A DNA stretch of 64,000 nucleotides from an uncultured virus (IMG/VR IMGVR_UViG_3300023179_000084) (IMGVR_UViG_3300023179_000084); one strand, 5' to 3'. Counted from the stretch's first letter, positions 43,871-52,937 are shown. Made by a program: numbers and translations. Notes: generated by a model from the sequence alone, not told the origin.

Positions 43871-44838
43871 ATTGTTTCCATTATTTTTTCTGGTATAGTT
43901 ATTAGATATGAGCTATTATCCTGCATACCAAATGTCAATATAAATTTATCTTTATATTTTGTCATACCAGCACAAAATTCTATTTTAGCATCTAAAAATG
44001 TAAATTCTGGTGTATACTTAATTAAGTTCCATTCTTTATCCCAAACAATAAAACAATGCCTATATATAGCATTTTTTCTTCCTTGTTCAGAATTAAAAAG
44101 ATTTACCGTATGTACACAACAAAATCTATAATTATCATTTAGATTAATTACTTGTGAACCTCCACGAAAATCTCTAGGATACCAAAAACTTTTTCCTAAA
44201 AAGATTTGATTAGCTTTATTTACATTTAAATCTACTTTTACAACCTCTGTAGGATTACACCACTTTACATATTCTAAAGGTTTATCAATTACTGGCATCC
44301 AATTTTTTTCACAATAGCTACTTTCATTGGGTGGTTGCAATCTGTTTCTAGATATTTCTTTTACAATATTATTCTCAATATTTAGCTCAGATAATTCTAT
44401 TCTGCCTTGACCGTTTGTTGTAGTATCTCTGCGTACACCACTTACATATATTTTATCATTCCATTTAACTATTCTGCAATCTTCTAACCCTACAAAATCC
44501 CAAATAGGTTTAGTATCTAATAAACTAGTATCTACTTTAGATATAAATTTATATTCAAACGTACTAGGATCTAATTCTCCAAAATAATTAGTAGTTGTTA
44601 GTGTAATGTCGTTTTCTGGATGACCATAGTGTAGTGGTCCCCAATAACTTTCAAATATGCCTTCTTCCGAGTGATAGAGTGTAACTTGACAATGTCTAAT
44701 GTTTATATATAATTTATCAGTATCTTTATCATAGAATACACTAGGATTAAATATTCCTGTACCATTAGTTAAATTAAATGGTAGAGTTATTGGGTGTATA
44801 GTACCACCAGATTCTAAAATTTTTTTACAAAATGTCAT
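43858..44838 (-). CDS. Five-bladed beta-propeller glycoside hydrolase-like protein
   Basis: FNPSV, GLEDCR, EKNWMP, RGGS, IEFCAG, FGMQD. Confidence 0.65.
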   Translation of the reverse strand: MTFCKKILESGGTIHPITLPFNLTNGTGIFNPSVFYDKDTDKLYINIRHCQVTLYHSEEGIFESYWGPLHYGHPENDITLTTTNYFGELDPSTFEYKFISKVDTSLLDTKPIWDFVGLEDCRIVKWNDKIYVSGVRRDTTTNGQGRIELSELNIENNIVKEISRNRLQPPNESSYCEKNWMPVIDKPLEYVKWCNPTEVVKVDLNVNKANQIFLGKSFWYPRDFRGGSQVINLNDNYRFCCVHTVNLFNSEQGRKNAIYRHCFIVWDKEWNLIKYTPEFTFLDAKIEFCAGMTKYKDKFILTFGMQDNSSYLITIPEKIMETICLE

Positions 44839-44860
44839 TTATTTCCTATAAATTAATTAA

Positions 44861-45481
44861 CTATACTGCTATACCAATTTTTCTTAAGTGTTCTAAACTT
44901 GCGAGTTCATACGCTGGTTGCCAACACCACTGCAACCAGCGTTCACTTAATAGCCATAAAGAGTATATATACCCATGTTTAGGGTCTAACTTTTCGCTTC
45001 TAATTTTAGCCATGCTATCATAGCGCGCACTATAAACTATTTCATCTAGTTGAAATCTATCACGTATAGCGCCGTCGGGTATTAGCTGCGGAGTAAAATA
45101 GTTGTGCCCTGTTTGACGTATGGGTACACTATTATCCTCTAATACTTGCTTAATAAGATGTGAACCACGATAAGTCATTTTACTAATACTTTCAACAGTT
45201 GCACCACTTAAGTATTCTTGAATAATATTAATTCGTTCACTGTTAGTAATAGGCTTACCACGTAATTTAGCTTTTTGTTCGGCTATACGTAGCTGTTTTT
45301 GTTTAAATTCTTCAATAATACTAGCTAGTCTAGTTGTATTATAAGACATACCTAATATTTGACAAGCATCTTTTTTAGTTATAGGTTTACCATCTTGTGG
45401 TTCTAATAATTTGATAACCTTAGCAATATTTGCATCAGTCATCTTTTCTAGCTCAAGATCAGTTTTACGACGCTTTGCCAT
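44861..45481 (-). CDS. Conserved T5-like hypothetical protein
   Basis: TKKDACQILGMSYNTTRL; synteny next to D3. Confidence 0.65.
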   Translation of the reverse strand: MAKRRKTDLELEKMTDANIAKVIKLLEPQDGKPITKKDACQILGMSYNTTRLASIIEEFKQKQLRIAEQKAKLRGKPITNSERINIIQEYLSGATVESISKMTYRGSHLIKQVLEDNSVPIRQTGHNYFTPQLIPDGAIRDRFQLDEIVYSARYDSMAKIRSEKLDPKHGYIYSLWLLSERWLQWCWQPAYELASLEHLRKIGIAV

Positions 45482-45522
45482 CAATTTCTCCAATAATAAA
45501 AGGCGGCACTAGGCCGCCAATA

Positions 45523-45897
45523 TTAATTTGCTTTTAATACTTGGGTAAAATATACTGCTGCTTTACCAGTGAGTTTGCCCAAGATGTCATCATCAATAGA
45601 CCCGCCTTTTGCGGTAATCGCTGCTTTGAGTTCAGCAATGCTAGTTTCTTTTGAGACTCGCTTACTACCGCCTTCTGTCGCAGTTTTAGTTGTCTTAGTT
45701 GAACCGGCACTGGGGTCTTTTTTAACGTAGACTCCAGCTTGTACCAAAACCATGCGTACGCCATTAGGTGACATTTCAATTTCCTCTGCGATATCTTTGC
45801 AGATTTCAGTTGAATTTTCAGGTGTTGGATCTGCTTGTTCATACATTTCAATAACTTTAGCTTTGAGTTCATCTGTCCACGCTGTTTGAGTTGCCAT
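45523..45897 (-). CDS. D3: T5 D3-like DNA-binding protein
   Basis: WTDE...SPNGVRMVLVQAGVYVKK...KLTGKAA. Confidence 0.75.
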   Translation of the reverse strand: MATQTAWTDELKAKVIEMYEQADPTPENSTEICKDIAEEIEMSPNGVRMVLVQAGVYVKKDPSAGSTKTTKTATEGGSKRVSKETSIAELKAAITAKGGSIDDDILGKLTGKAAVYFTQVLKAN

Positions 45898-45906
45898 ACT
45901 TTTCCT

Positions 45907-46158
45907 TTAGTGTAAATTTATATTATTAATTGGATTTAAGGTTTTTAAAAGATCTTGTTCTAGTAGTTTATTGTACATTGCTTCATTACTAGCTACAATC
46001 ATATATAATAAATCTGAAGGTACTAAACTGTCTGGCAATTGATGTAATTGTTTTTCGTTTTCTATACATAGTTGCTCTAGTTTAAATCTGAATTGCATAC
46101 AGTTTTTTACTGTTTCATGAAGTTGAATACTGTCCCATATTCTAAATTGTTTAGACAT
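45907..46158 (-). CDS. Hypothetical protein
   Basis: ORF. Confidence 0.5.
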   Translation of the reverse strand: MSKQFRIWDSIQLHETVKNCMQFRFKLEQLCIENEKQLHQLPDSLVPSDLLYMIVASNEAMYNKLLEQDLLKTLNPINNINLH

Positions 46159-46423
46159 ATTCTACTTGAACATCTGTCATAGCTTCTGGCTTGAATCGCC
46201 TATAGTTATGTTTAAGATCAAAATTAACAAGAAGTTGCATAGTTTCTTCATGTTGACGACGACGTAGTTCGCCCATTGTTTCGGCAAATTTAGCAAAACT
46301 ATCACTATCAAGTTCACTAACATCCCAGCCTTCTACAAACTTGTTGGGAGTTACAAGCTCAATAACTGCGCGTTTGCTAACCGAACCATCTTGTTTAGTA
46401 TAAGTAAATTCAAGTAGTTTCAC
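46151..46423 (-). CDS. Hypothetical protein (WYL-like N-terminus)
   Basis: FTYTKQDGSVSKR; RBS AAGGA. Confidence 0.55.
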   Translation of the reverse strand: MKLLEFTYTKQDGSVSKRAVIELVTPNKFVEGWDVSELDSDSFAKFAETMGELRRRQHEETMQLLVNFDLKHNYRRFKPEAMTDVQVEYV

Positions 46424-46453
46424 TGTTTATTTTTCCTTGTTGACTAAAATAAT

Positions 46454-46482
46454 ATTATATATGATAAAACATATATAATCAA
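46454..46482 (-). promoter_or_regulatory. sigma70-type promoter
   Basis: TTGATT-17-TATAAT. Confidence 0.65.
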
Positions 46483-46492
46483 TAAAAAATTT

Positions 46493-46753
46493 TTAGTCTT
46501 GCTTTAAGATTTCATTACGTAATGCTTCATAAAATAGTTTGCTATGTTGATTGCTAAAAAGTGCTACAAAAATTGTAGGAGCAATAAATGTACTAATAAT
46601 AATATATACTAGTGAACTTAATACAGGACTTCTAGTAAAACTATTAACTATGCCTTTTTGTTTAGCTTCTCTAACGGCTGGCATATAATAAAATAACCAA
46701 GCACATATACTAGTTGCTATTGCAAATACTAAGTATATGATTAACCAATCCAT
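46493..46753 (-). CDS. Membrane protein
   Basis: Two TM segments. Confidence 0.55.
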   Translation of the reverse strand: MDWLIIYLVFAIATSICAWLFYYMPAVREAKQKGIVNSFTRSPVLSSLVYIIISTFIAPTIFVALFSNQHSKLFYEALRNEILKQD

Positions 46754-47148
46754 GTAGGTCTACCCTTACCATCATGTGCTCTAGTACCAATACTAAAACT
46801 AACACGACTAGTTTGATTGACCTTGATGAGACCAGTTGACTTATTATAACCACTTAGTGCTTCTTGTTGAATCTTGTGATTACTATTAAACATATCCATA
46901 TTAACCTTTCCGGCAAACTGTTTAAATAGTTTTGCCACTCTAATATTGCCGCTAGTCCAAACAGGAGTTTTAGGAGTTTTACGACGATATTTAATTGATG
47001 ATAGCGCTTGTCTTGCACAACTATCATTAGTATGAGTTTTTAAATGACGATTTAATTTTCGTTTACGATTTGTTTCCCATACTTTATTACTTTGATATCT
47101 AGACCAATAATTTTGATCACTTTTACTACTGGTTTTGCCCTTTGCCAT
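46741..47148 (-). CDS. Basic hypothetical protein
   Basis: ORF. Confidence 0.55.
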   Translation of the reverse strand: MAKGKTSSKSDQNYWSRYQSNKVWETNRKRKLNRHLKTHTNDSCARQALSSIKYRRKTPKTPVWTSGNIRVAKLFKQFAGKVNMDMFNSNHKIQQEALSGYNKSTGLIKVNQTSRVSFSIGTRAHDGKGRPTWIG

Positions 47149-47367
47149 CTATACCTCAATATAATTGATATGTGCGCTCCAATTATCCCAAACCCAGTCT
47201 TGTACTTCTTCTGGCATTGACCAAGTAAGGTTTTCTGTTTCAGGATCATCTAAAAAGTATAACATAGCTTCTATTTCATCTTTAGCATAAACAATTTCTA
47301 GCTGAATACCATCACTACTAATATCTTCTTGATAAGCAATAACAAATTTTCTATCCTGTGTTTCCAT
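47149..47367 (-). CDS. Hypothetical protein
   Basis: ORF with RBS. Confidence 0.55.
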   Translation of the reverse strand: METQDRKFVIAYQEDISSDGIQLEIVYAKDEIEAMLYFLDDPETENLTWSMPEEVQDWVWDNWSAHINYIEV

Positions 47368-47393
47368 AGTTTTTCCTTTACTAAAGAATATAT

Positions 47394-47422
47394 ATTATAT
47401 CAATTTACAAACAACTTGTCAA
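47394..47422 (-). promoter_or_regulatory. sigma70 consensus promoter
   Basis: TTGACA-17-TATAAT. Confidence 0.85.
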
Positions 47423-47471
47423 CAAAATATTTTTACAACAAAAAACCCAGCCTAAGCTGGGCTATGGTATT

Positions 47472-47550
<79 letters not shown>

Positions 47551-47551
47551 A

Positions 47552-47627
47552 TGGAGCGGGAAACGAGTCTCGAACTCGCGACCTCAACCTTGGCAAGGTT
47601 GCGCTCTACCAACTGAGCTATTCCCGC
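47552..47627 (-). tRNA. tRNA-Gly (GCC)
   Basis: GCGGGAATAGCTCAGTTGGTAGAGC...CTTGCCAAG...TTCCCGCTCCA. Confidence 0.97.
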
Positions 47628-47715
47628 ACTTTTATTAATTCTACTTTTAAGAATTTATACTGATCTAAGTACCAACGTAAAAAATATTGTGATTTTTTAC
47701 TAAGATCAATGTAGT

Positions 47716-47925
47716 CTAGTCTTTCCACTGATCTACATCATCAGCATCATCATCTTGTTTTGCACTAGTAATTACTAGGTCAACATTGGTATGATTATCT
47801 AATTCATCAATTATTTCAGCTAATTTTTTTAGTAGATTAGTATGTTCATAGTAATCTTCGTTATCACAAGTAAAGCTAATTTCTAAGTTATGTGTAGTTA
47901 ATTGTAGGTGCATAATAATTTCCAT
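47716..47925 (-). CDS. Hypothetical acidic protein
   Basis: ORF. Confidence 0.5.
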   Translation of the reverse strand: MEIIMHLQLTTHNLEISFTCDNEDYYEHTNLLKKLAEIIDELDNHTNVDLVITSAKQDDDADDVDQWKD

Positions 47926-47931
47926 ATGTTA

Positions 47932-48100
47932 GCGGCGGTTGATTGGTTAATAAGGCCAACCGCCAAAACCCCACTTAGCTTATGCAGCTAAGGCGTAAAC
48001 CTCATCATTTGCGTTTACTTTAGTTTGCTAGAATTACGCTCTTCGCCTAGCGAGTTGTCCACTTTAGTACTCTTCACCATGTCGAATCTAAGTCGGGCCC
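47932..48100 (-). ncRNA. ssrA: Two-piece tmRNA, coding piece (tag ANDEVYALAA* at 48012-47980)
   Basis: 5' GGGCCCGACTTAGATTCGAC; pk1-like element; tag ORF; terminal GGCGGTTG/CAACCGCC hairpin. Confidence 0.92.
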
Positions 48101-48648
48101 ATCAATAAATGTTCTAGCCTATGGCAATTTGGACATAGTAGTATACATTTATTAAGTTCTGGAATAATAGTAGAGATAAAAGTTTCTAATGAAGCCGATC
48201 TACTGACTCTGCTAATTTCAAATTCTTTATCGAAGTCATCTAGGTGATGAAAATCTAAAGATCCCGGAACATTTGTATAACTACAGTTACTACATTCATA
48301 TTTTTTATTTAAACTATTAAGATAGTCTAATATATACGAATGAAATTTGTCTTTTCTAGAAGAATTTTCGCAAGATTTGCAACTTGGTTTATATTTTATT
48401 TTACCTGTATTAGTTTTGCCATTAGAATAAAATTCTGTTAAAGGTAAATTTTTATTACAATTATTGCAAGTTTTTATACCAGATTCTCTATCTAATTTTT
48501 TAGAATTAGGAGATAAACCAACTAAACCATTTTTTCGTTTAAAATCTGTTATAGTTGTTCTACTACAACTATATATTTCTTGCAATTCTTTTATTGTTTT
48601 ACCTTGTAAAACTAATCTAGTAAATTCTTCTATGTCTATGTCTGCCAT
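48088..48648 (-). mobile_element. HNH homing-type endonuclease gene inside the tmRNA intervening segment
   Basis: CNNC/CKSC zinc finger; CSNC...LDFHH...CPNCHRLEH; RBS AGGAG. Confidence 0.85.
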
Positions 48649-48681
48649 AATTAACTCCTACGTTAATTCTAAAATACTTAT

Positions 48682-48746
48682 TGGTGGACCCGGCGAGGAA
48701 CTGCCCCTCGCGTCCACAATGTTTTTCCCTCTATATCATACAACTA
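48682..48746 (-). ncRNA. ssrA: Two-piece tmRNA, acceptor piece
   Basis: GGAC GCGAGG GGCAGTT CCTCGC CGGGTCC A CCA; pairs with GGGCCCG giving G3.U70. Confidence 0.9.
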
Positions 48747-49181
48747 TAAAGTTTGTACTATTTCACGAATACGTTCTTCTAAAACGCTGATAGCAGTATT
48801 ATAGTGACCACCATCATGATCCATAGATTTATACTTCTTTTTTAATCTTTCTACTTCACGAGTAAGTACATCAATCTTAACGTGATCATCAGGACTTTGA
48901 CCTGGATAAATACTATTGTGAATTGCTAAGTAGCCTGCACACTGTGCTTGTAGATAGCTGCTTTCATCAAATCCAAAAATTTGATAGAGTACATAGCGAT
49001 AACTACCTTGCTGTTCAATCTCGCCACGATAGATTCTACGACTCACAGCGCAAAAAGCATCAAGTTGCTGCTCTTTGGTTAGTGAATTCCAGTACTGTTC
49101 ACTCTTATCTTCAAATTCTTTGATCATTTGATCAAAAACTTCGCTAGTTTTGTCAAGGTTTTCTAGTAGTTCACTACTCAT
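48744..49181 (-). CDS. Hypothetical phage protein
   Basis: ORF. Confidence 0.55.
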   Translation of the reverse strand: MSSELLENLDKTSEVFDQMIKEFEDKSEQYWNSLTKEQQLDAFCAVSRRIYRGEIEQQGSYRYVLYQIFGFDESSYLQAQCAGYLAIHNSIYPGQSPDDHVKIDVLTREVERLKKKYKSMDHDGGHYNTAISVLEERIREIVQTL

Positions 49182-49399
49182 GACGTAATTTTTCCTTGTT
49201 GTGTTATTGATTCAAAACAATCCCACAATTTATTAAATTTTAACTCATAAATAGTTTCTAAGCCAAGTAAATAATTTGCGATCTTGTCACGAGTATATGT
49301 ATCATCTTCTAGTACTTTTTCGTAAAGATGTTTAATCTCTGTAGTAATTTCCCAGTTTTTTAATATAAGTTGTTCTAGGTCAAATCGAGTATAGTTCAT
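49178..49399 (-). CDS. Hypothetical phage protein
   Basis: ORF with coupled overlaps. Confidence 0.55.
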   Translation of the reverse strand: MNYTRFDLEQLILKNWEITTEIKHLYEKVLEDDTYTRDKIANYLLGLETIYELKFNKLWDCFESITQQGKITS

Positions 49400-49863
49400 T
49401 TTAGTATAAATTTTAGTCTATCAGCTGCATATGTAGCAGCAAATGCCTTAGGTTTAATTAATGCGTCTAGGTTGCAGGTTCCGCGTATATATCCTATAGC
49501 TTGTTGCACTACTTGATTACTAGCATGTTTTACACTAGCATTAATATCAAGATGTACTTCTACCAATCTATCTTCAATAACATCTTTTAATTGTAAATAT
49601 ATTTCACTAACTTTATAAACTTCTGTCATTAGTCTAATATTAGGTTTATCTTTACGTTGATCGTAATCGCGTTCACGTTGATAGTAACCAAATATTTTAC
49701 AACCATGTTTACCATCTATGTGTACTACAATAGCAACAGTATAATCTGCATACCATATACTATCTAAGCGATTACGTTCGCTATCAGCTCCTAGGTATAT
49801 TTTAGTTTCTTGACTGCTATTTAAAATATAGTCTTTAACTTCTTCTATATTAAATGGCTTCAT
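49396..49863 (-). CDS. RNase H-like YkuK (DUF458) family protein
   Basis: IYLGADS...RLMTEV...EVHLDIN...KP.AFAATYAAD. Confidence 0.8.
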   Translation of the reverse strand: MKPFNIEEVKDYILNSSQETKIYLGADSERNRLDSIWYADYTVAIVVHIDGKHGCKIFGYYQRERDYDQRKDKPNIRLMTEVYKVSEIYLQLKDVIEDRLVEVHLDINASVKHASNQVVQQAIGYIRGTCNLDALIKPKAFAATYAADRLKFILK

Positions 49864-49919
49864 TGTAGTCTCCTAGTAGTGCTAGAGTATAGCCCTGTAA
49901 GCAGGGCTATAGTGTAATA

Positions 49920-50126
49920 CTACTCTACATATCTATAATTTTTACTTATTTCTACAAGTTTATTTTTAAAATTATCTCTGGCTGTTATAAATTGTGAATA
50001 ACCTTGAGCACCACTTGTTACTAGTGCTAAACTAGCTGCTCCTAAGTCATCTACAGCTGTCATTATCATATCGTGATCTTCTTGCTGTTTTTTACACCAC
50101 GGTTCATATATTTTTATAGCTGCCAC
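49920..50126 (-). CDS. Small hypothetical protein
   Basis: ORF with GAGG RBS. Confidence 0.55.
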   Translation of the reverse strand: MAAIKIYEPWCKKQQEDHDMIMTAVDDLGAASLALVTSGAQGYSQFITARDNFKNKLVEISKNYRYVE

Positions 50127-50127
50127 T

Positions 50128-50682
50128 TTATACCTCTGATTGTCCTGTTATATGCCAATTATCATTAAAAATTAGTGTTATTGATTCGTAAGGTGACTGT
50201 AATACAATTTGATCACTATTGTCTATTTTATCACCATTTTGTGTGATTATATAAATTTTTTTATTTTCTAGTTGTTTTTGCTGTGCTTTAATAATAATCA
50301 TTCTACCTTTTTCAGGCTTTAGTGGTAAAATAATATCTATCTTTTTTTCGTTTAAAACTCCTATATAGCAGTCGTCTGGTTGTACATAGTAAGTATCTTT
50401 AACAATTATTGTGTTTAATATACAGGCTTGATTAATGGGTGCAGGTGGTCCTGGTGGACCTGGATCACCTTGAGGTCCTTGTGCTCCCATAGGGCCTTGT
50501 ATGCCCTGTGGTCCTGGCGGACCCTGTACGCCTTGTGGCCCTTGTGGACCTGGAGGCCCTTGACCAGTACTAGTATTAATAATTAAATCGTTATCACTAA
50601 TTGATTGTTTAGGCGGTAAACTATACTGAGGCGGTGCTTGAAAAAACCACGGTGGTGGTAAAAAATATTGTGTTTGATACAT
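50128..50682 (-). CDS. Collagen-like (G-P-X) protein with fibre-type C-terminal domain
   Basis: [10 protein letters not shown] repeats; DDCYIGV...IILP...YESITL...WHI. Confidence 0.7.
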   Translation of the reverse strand: MYQTQYFLPPPWFFQAPPQYSLPPKQSISDNDLIINTSTGQGPPGPQGPQGVQGPPGPQGIQGPMGAQGPQGDPGPPGPPAPINQACILNTIIVKDTYYVQPDDCYIGVLNEKKIDIILPLKPEKGRMIIIKAQQKQLENKKIYIITQNGDKIDNSDQIVLQSPYESITLIFNDNWHITGQSEV

Positions 50683-50740
50683 TATAATCTCCAATAAGAG
50701 CCCTACAACTTTAGGTTGTAGGGCAAATAGCTATTAAAGA

Positions 50741-51499
50741 TTATCTAATATTTGTGTTTGTATTTGCTGGATTAGCAGTTAGTGTGCCATTACCAACGTT
50801 AATTGCTGAATTAGTAGATTGAATTTGTTGAGCTAAGCCCCAAATAGCATTGTAGAGTTGACCCCACTGTTGCTGCTGCTGAGCTTGCTGTTGCATTTGA
50901 TTGATGTTATTGGTTGTAGTAACTTCAACGCCACGAGCTGTTGATTGAGTATCTATTTTAGCTTGTAGTGCTATAACAGCTGCATTAGCATCTGATAGTT
51001 GGCGATTTAGTGTAGCTTCATACTGTTGTACTAATAGTGCACGAGTTTTTTCTCCATCGTTACTAATATCTTTTGATAGTTCATAACGATTTTCCATTAC
51101 TTGCTGCTGTAAACCATTAAGCTGTTGCGCTAAAACCATAGTGCCAGCATTAACGGCTTCTTTAACACCCTCAACTCGTGATGCAAGAGATGCTGTTGTA
51201 TTATTAAACTGCGATGTAATACCAATAGTTTGATTAGCCTGACTTGCTTCCATAGCCGCTGTACTAACTGCAACATCTTTAGCAACACCACCAATAGCAG
51301 CCATTAAATCCATATTGGCTTGTGCTTGCTCTGGTGGACTACGTAAAGCAGCTCCAACTCCAGCACCATCATTGCCAAATAGATTACCATTATTGCGTAG
51401 TAATGAACCTAGGATAAGACCGCCAATAAGGCCGCTACCACCAAATAGTCCATCGCCGCCACTCATCATCATACCAGCTGGTGTAATACTTTCTGCCAT
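50741..51499 (-). CDS. Gly-rich N-terminus plus coiled-coil protein
   Basis: RBS AAGGAG before MAESI; GGLILGSLL hydrophobic segment; DGEKTRALL. Confidence 0.7.
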   Translation of the reverse strand: MAESITPAGMMMSGGDGLFGGSGLIGGLILGSLLRNNGNLFGNDGAGVGAALRSPPEQAQANMDLMAAIGGVAKDVAVSTAAMEASQANQTIGITSQFNNTTASLASRVEGVKEAVNAGTMVLAQQLNGLQQQVMENRYELSKDISNDGEKTRALLVQQYEATLNRQLSDANAAVIALQAKIDTQSTARGVEVTTTNNINQMQQQAQQQQQWGQLYNAIWGLAQQIQSTNSAINVGNGTLTANPANTNTNIR

Positions 51500-51587
51500 T
51501 TTAAACTCCTTGTTTTTATTATAATTATAATGGAGAATAGGCACAAATTACTGGCAGGTAATTTGTGCCAGTTATAAGCTACTTAGC

Positions 51588-51800
51588 TTAAGTAGCCATT
51601 GATTCTTTATGTGGAATTATTCCACTATACTGATTCATAGTCATTTTTACGCCATCGAGTGCAAGTTCTTGCATACGTTCGGCCATAAAATGTAAATCTT
51701 CATCACTAAGAGTTTGTTCTCGAACAAACTCAAATAGTCTTATTAATAGGGGGACGCTTAACATTAAAAAGCGTTCCTCTGTAGTATGTGTTTTGGTCAT
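51588..51800 (-). CDS. Hypothetical phage protein
   Basis: VPLLIRLFEFVRE...DLH motif. Confidence 0.55.
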   Translation of the reverse strand: MTKTHTTEERFLMLSVPLLIRLFEFVREQTLSDEDLHFMAERMQELALDGVKMTMNQYSGIIPHKESMAT

Positions 51801-51863
51801 TGGTTGCCTTTATTATTTTTATTATTAACCATAGTAAAATGCTTTTTGTAAAGCATTTTAGTA

Positions 51864-51941
51864 TGGCGATGCGTATGGGATTTGAACCCATGATCTCTAG
51901 CGTGACAGGCTAGCGCATTAGGCCAACTATGCTAACGCATC
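51864..51941 (-). tRNA. tRNA-Asp (GTC)
   Basis: GATGCGT...CTAGCCTGTCACGCTAG...ACGCATCGCCA. Confidence 0.9.
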
Positions 51942-52132
51942 TAATGTGGAGGCTCCATTTGATCTAATAAGTAGCTATATACACGATTTCGTCCACTAGT
52001 AGTATGCCATAAATCATCTGGTATTTCATAATCAAATGCACGATTCGGGCTAAGCCACCATTTTTCTACTAAGCTACTACTACCTAGCAGTGACATCAAT
52101 ATTATATTTGCTTTTTCATCAATACTTGTCAT
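51941..52132 (-). CDS. Small protein resembling the MbcA/ParS/Xre antitoxin C-terminal domain
   Basis: LLG....KWWLSPNRAF...P pattern. Confidence 0.45.
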   Translation of the reverse strand: MTSIDEKANIILMSLLGSSSLVEKWWLSPNRAFDYEIPDDLWHTTSGRNRVYSYLLDQMEPPH

Positions 52133-52140
52133 ATTATTCC

Positions 52141-52225
52141 TGGTAGGACTGGCCGGACTCGAACCGGCACGCTCGAAAGCGAGAGATTTTAAGTCTCTTG
52201 CGGCTACCTGTTACGCCACAGTCCC
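52141..52225 (-). tRNA. tRNA-Leu (TAA)
   Basis: AGAGACTTAAAATCTCT anticodon arm; long variable arm; CCA. Confidence 0.92.
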
Positions 52226-52227
52226 AG

Positions 52228-52446
52228 TTAAACTTCTATAGTTCCATTACTATAAACTATAAAAATTCTGTTAAAATCGCTACGCATATACTGTAAATCG
52301 CGAATACTGCAATAAGGGCCATCTATGATCTTAAAATCTTTGCCATCTAGCCAATCACTAATAATTTCTTTACGAGATTGTAGAGATTTACGCCAGGGAG
52401 CGGGTTGTAAATATAAGTTTGTATTATTAATACTAAAAACACTCAT
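52228..52446 (-). CDS. Hypothetical protein
   Basis: Start MSVFS with AGGA RBS, downstream of a promoter. Confidence 0.55.
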   Translation of the reverse strand: MSVFSINNTNLYLQPAPWRKSLQSRKEIISDWLDGKDFKIIDGPYCSIRDLQYMRSDFNRIFIVYSNGTIEV

Positions 52447-52471
52447 TGCTATTCCTAGTAAATAAAATATT

Positions 52472-52500
52472 ATTATACTAGATTTAACAATGAGTGTCAA
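52472..52500 (-). promoter_or_regulatory. sigma70 consensus promoter
   Basis: TTGACA-17-TATAAT. Confidence 0.85.
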
Positions 52501-52510
52501 ACTAAGATTT

Positions 52511-52741
52511 TTATTTGTTATTGCCCATAACATACATTTCCATAGCTCTAGCTAGTTCAATAGCCTCTTGCGGAGCATACATTTGTGGCATAAAATTTGT
52601 ATAATTATCTATAGAAATACCTTGTGTAAGTTTATGTTTAAAAAACATTTTAGCAAAACATTTTTGCGTTTGATGTCTTTCATCTAGGTAATCCATAGCA
52701 TTTTCTAATAATTCTTCTCGTAATTCTTTAATATCCAACAT
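52511..52741 (-). CDS. Small protein, paralog of 52915..53139
   Basis: ELREELLE..MDYLD...FMPQMY...A. Confidence 0.6.
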   Translation of the reverse strand: MLDIKELREELLENAMDYLDERHQTQKCFAKMFFKHKLTQGISIDNYTNFMPQMYAPQEAIELARAMEMYVMGNNK

Positions 52742-52778
52742 ATTTTGCCTCTTTATTATTTTTATTATTGGCTAGTTA

Positions 52779-52937
52779 TTACCAGTTGTTGGTGTGGTAA
52801 TACCACTGTTTTTCTAAATATTCTACTTCAGCCATTGATTGTGGATTATGATCTTCTATAAACTTTTGTAGTGAGTAAGGCTGGCTGAAATATTCCTCTA
52901 CTCGCTGCCAAAGTTCACTTACTGTTAACGAAACCAT
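52779..52937 (-). CDS. Small protein (52 aa)
   Basis: MVSLTVSELWQRVEEYF...NPQSMAEVEYLEKQW. Confidence 0.5.
   Translation of the reverse strand: MVSLTVSELWQRVEEYFSQPYSLQKFIEDHNPQSMAEVEYLEKQWYYHTNNW

Noticed and set aside
48101..48681. Group I intron in a standard one-piece tmRNA
   Set aside because: The CCA end lies upstream of the 5' GGG end (permuted order), and the ORF fills nearly the whole spacer, leaving no room for a ribozyme core.
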